In this document: piece after piece, positions 15,391 through 15,411 of the stretch | Layout of the letters: every line of letters begins with the position of its first letter | How positions within the stretch are numbered: the stretch's first letter is position 1 | DNA from: Oligoflexia bacterium | GTDB taxonomy: Bacteria; Bdellovibrionota_B; Oligoflexia; Oligoflexales; JAGOVF01 | Assembly: GCA_030432875.1 (NCBI GenBank) | Contig: JAUILP010000084.1 | Coordinates: forward strand, 1 to 15,411 | DNA: 15,411 nt | Direction of reading: 5' to 3' | The notes under the pieces: generated by a model | What the model was told of the DNA's origin: nothing | What the model saw: only the letters and a program-made list of their open reading frames with translations | Database searches by the model: none | Program-made: the position numbers and the translations under genes

Positions 15391-15411
15391 GTCTTTAGGC
15401 AGGGGGACTTT

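Noticed and set aside
1-15411. CRISPR arrays, IS elements/transposases, rRNA/tRNA genes other than tmRNA
   Set aside because: There are no regularly spaced repeats, no transposase-like ORFs and no terminal inverted repeats flanking an ORF. The only tRNA-like structure is the tmRNA 3' domain.

Overview
This 15.4-kb window is from a Gram-negative-like bacterium of about 43% GC. Most genes use AGGAGG-type Shine-Dalgarno sites. One outer-membrane protein ends in a C-terminal Phe and there are two lipoprotein-type signal peptides. I found no single clearly novel system. The best candidates for follow-up are the tmRNA-targeted integrative element, the outer-membrane protein/TPR lipoprotein/7TM-PP2C operon, and the small HExxHxxGxxH secreted protein next to a subtilase, all ranked in the findings.

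Left end (36..1905): the boundary of an integrative element inserted at the 3' end of the tmRNA gene ssrA. It carries an excisionase/AlpA-type HTH gene (36..257) and a P4-like tyrosine integrase (374..1477). The integrase sits directly against a complete 357-nt tmRNA on the minus strand (1549..1905). The tmRNA has a 5' GGGGGCG start, a G3:U pair in the acceptor stem, a GGTTCGATTCC T-loop and an encoded CCA end. Any cargo must lie to the left of the window.

Centre, housekeeping genes: deoB-deoA on the plus strand, their stop and start overlapping at ATGA, followed by a convergent minus-strand run. That run holds an XRE-family HTH regulator with a rho-independent terminator, an SPFH/band-7 protein, and the zinc-finger thioredoxin TrxC.

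Right half, envelope and secreted functions:
- a two-helix membrane protein of unknown function;
- a small secreted zinc-peptidase-like protein with an HExxHxxGxxH motif but no Met-turn;
- a convergent pre-pro subtilisin (S8) protease;
- an unusually long (720 bp) AT-rich intergenic region containing direct and inverted repeats;
- a minus-strand operon: outer-membrane beta-barrel protein, then a TPR lipoprotein, then a 7TMR-DISM receptor fused to a PP2C/SpoIIE phosphatase, with a TTGACA-N18-TATACA promoter at the right edge.

There is no CRISPR array, IS element or rRNA. All internal and antisense ORFs from the six-frame track are judged spurious.
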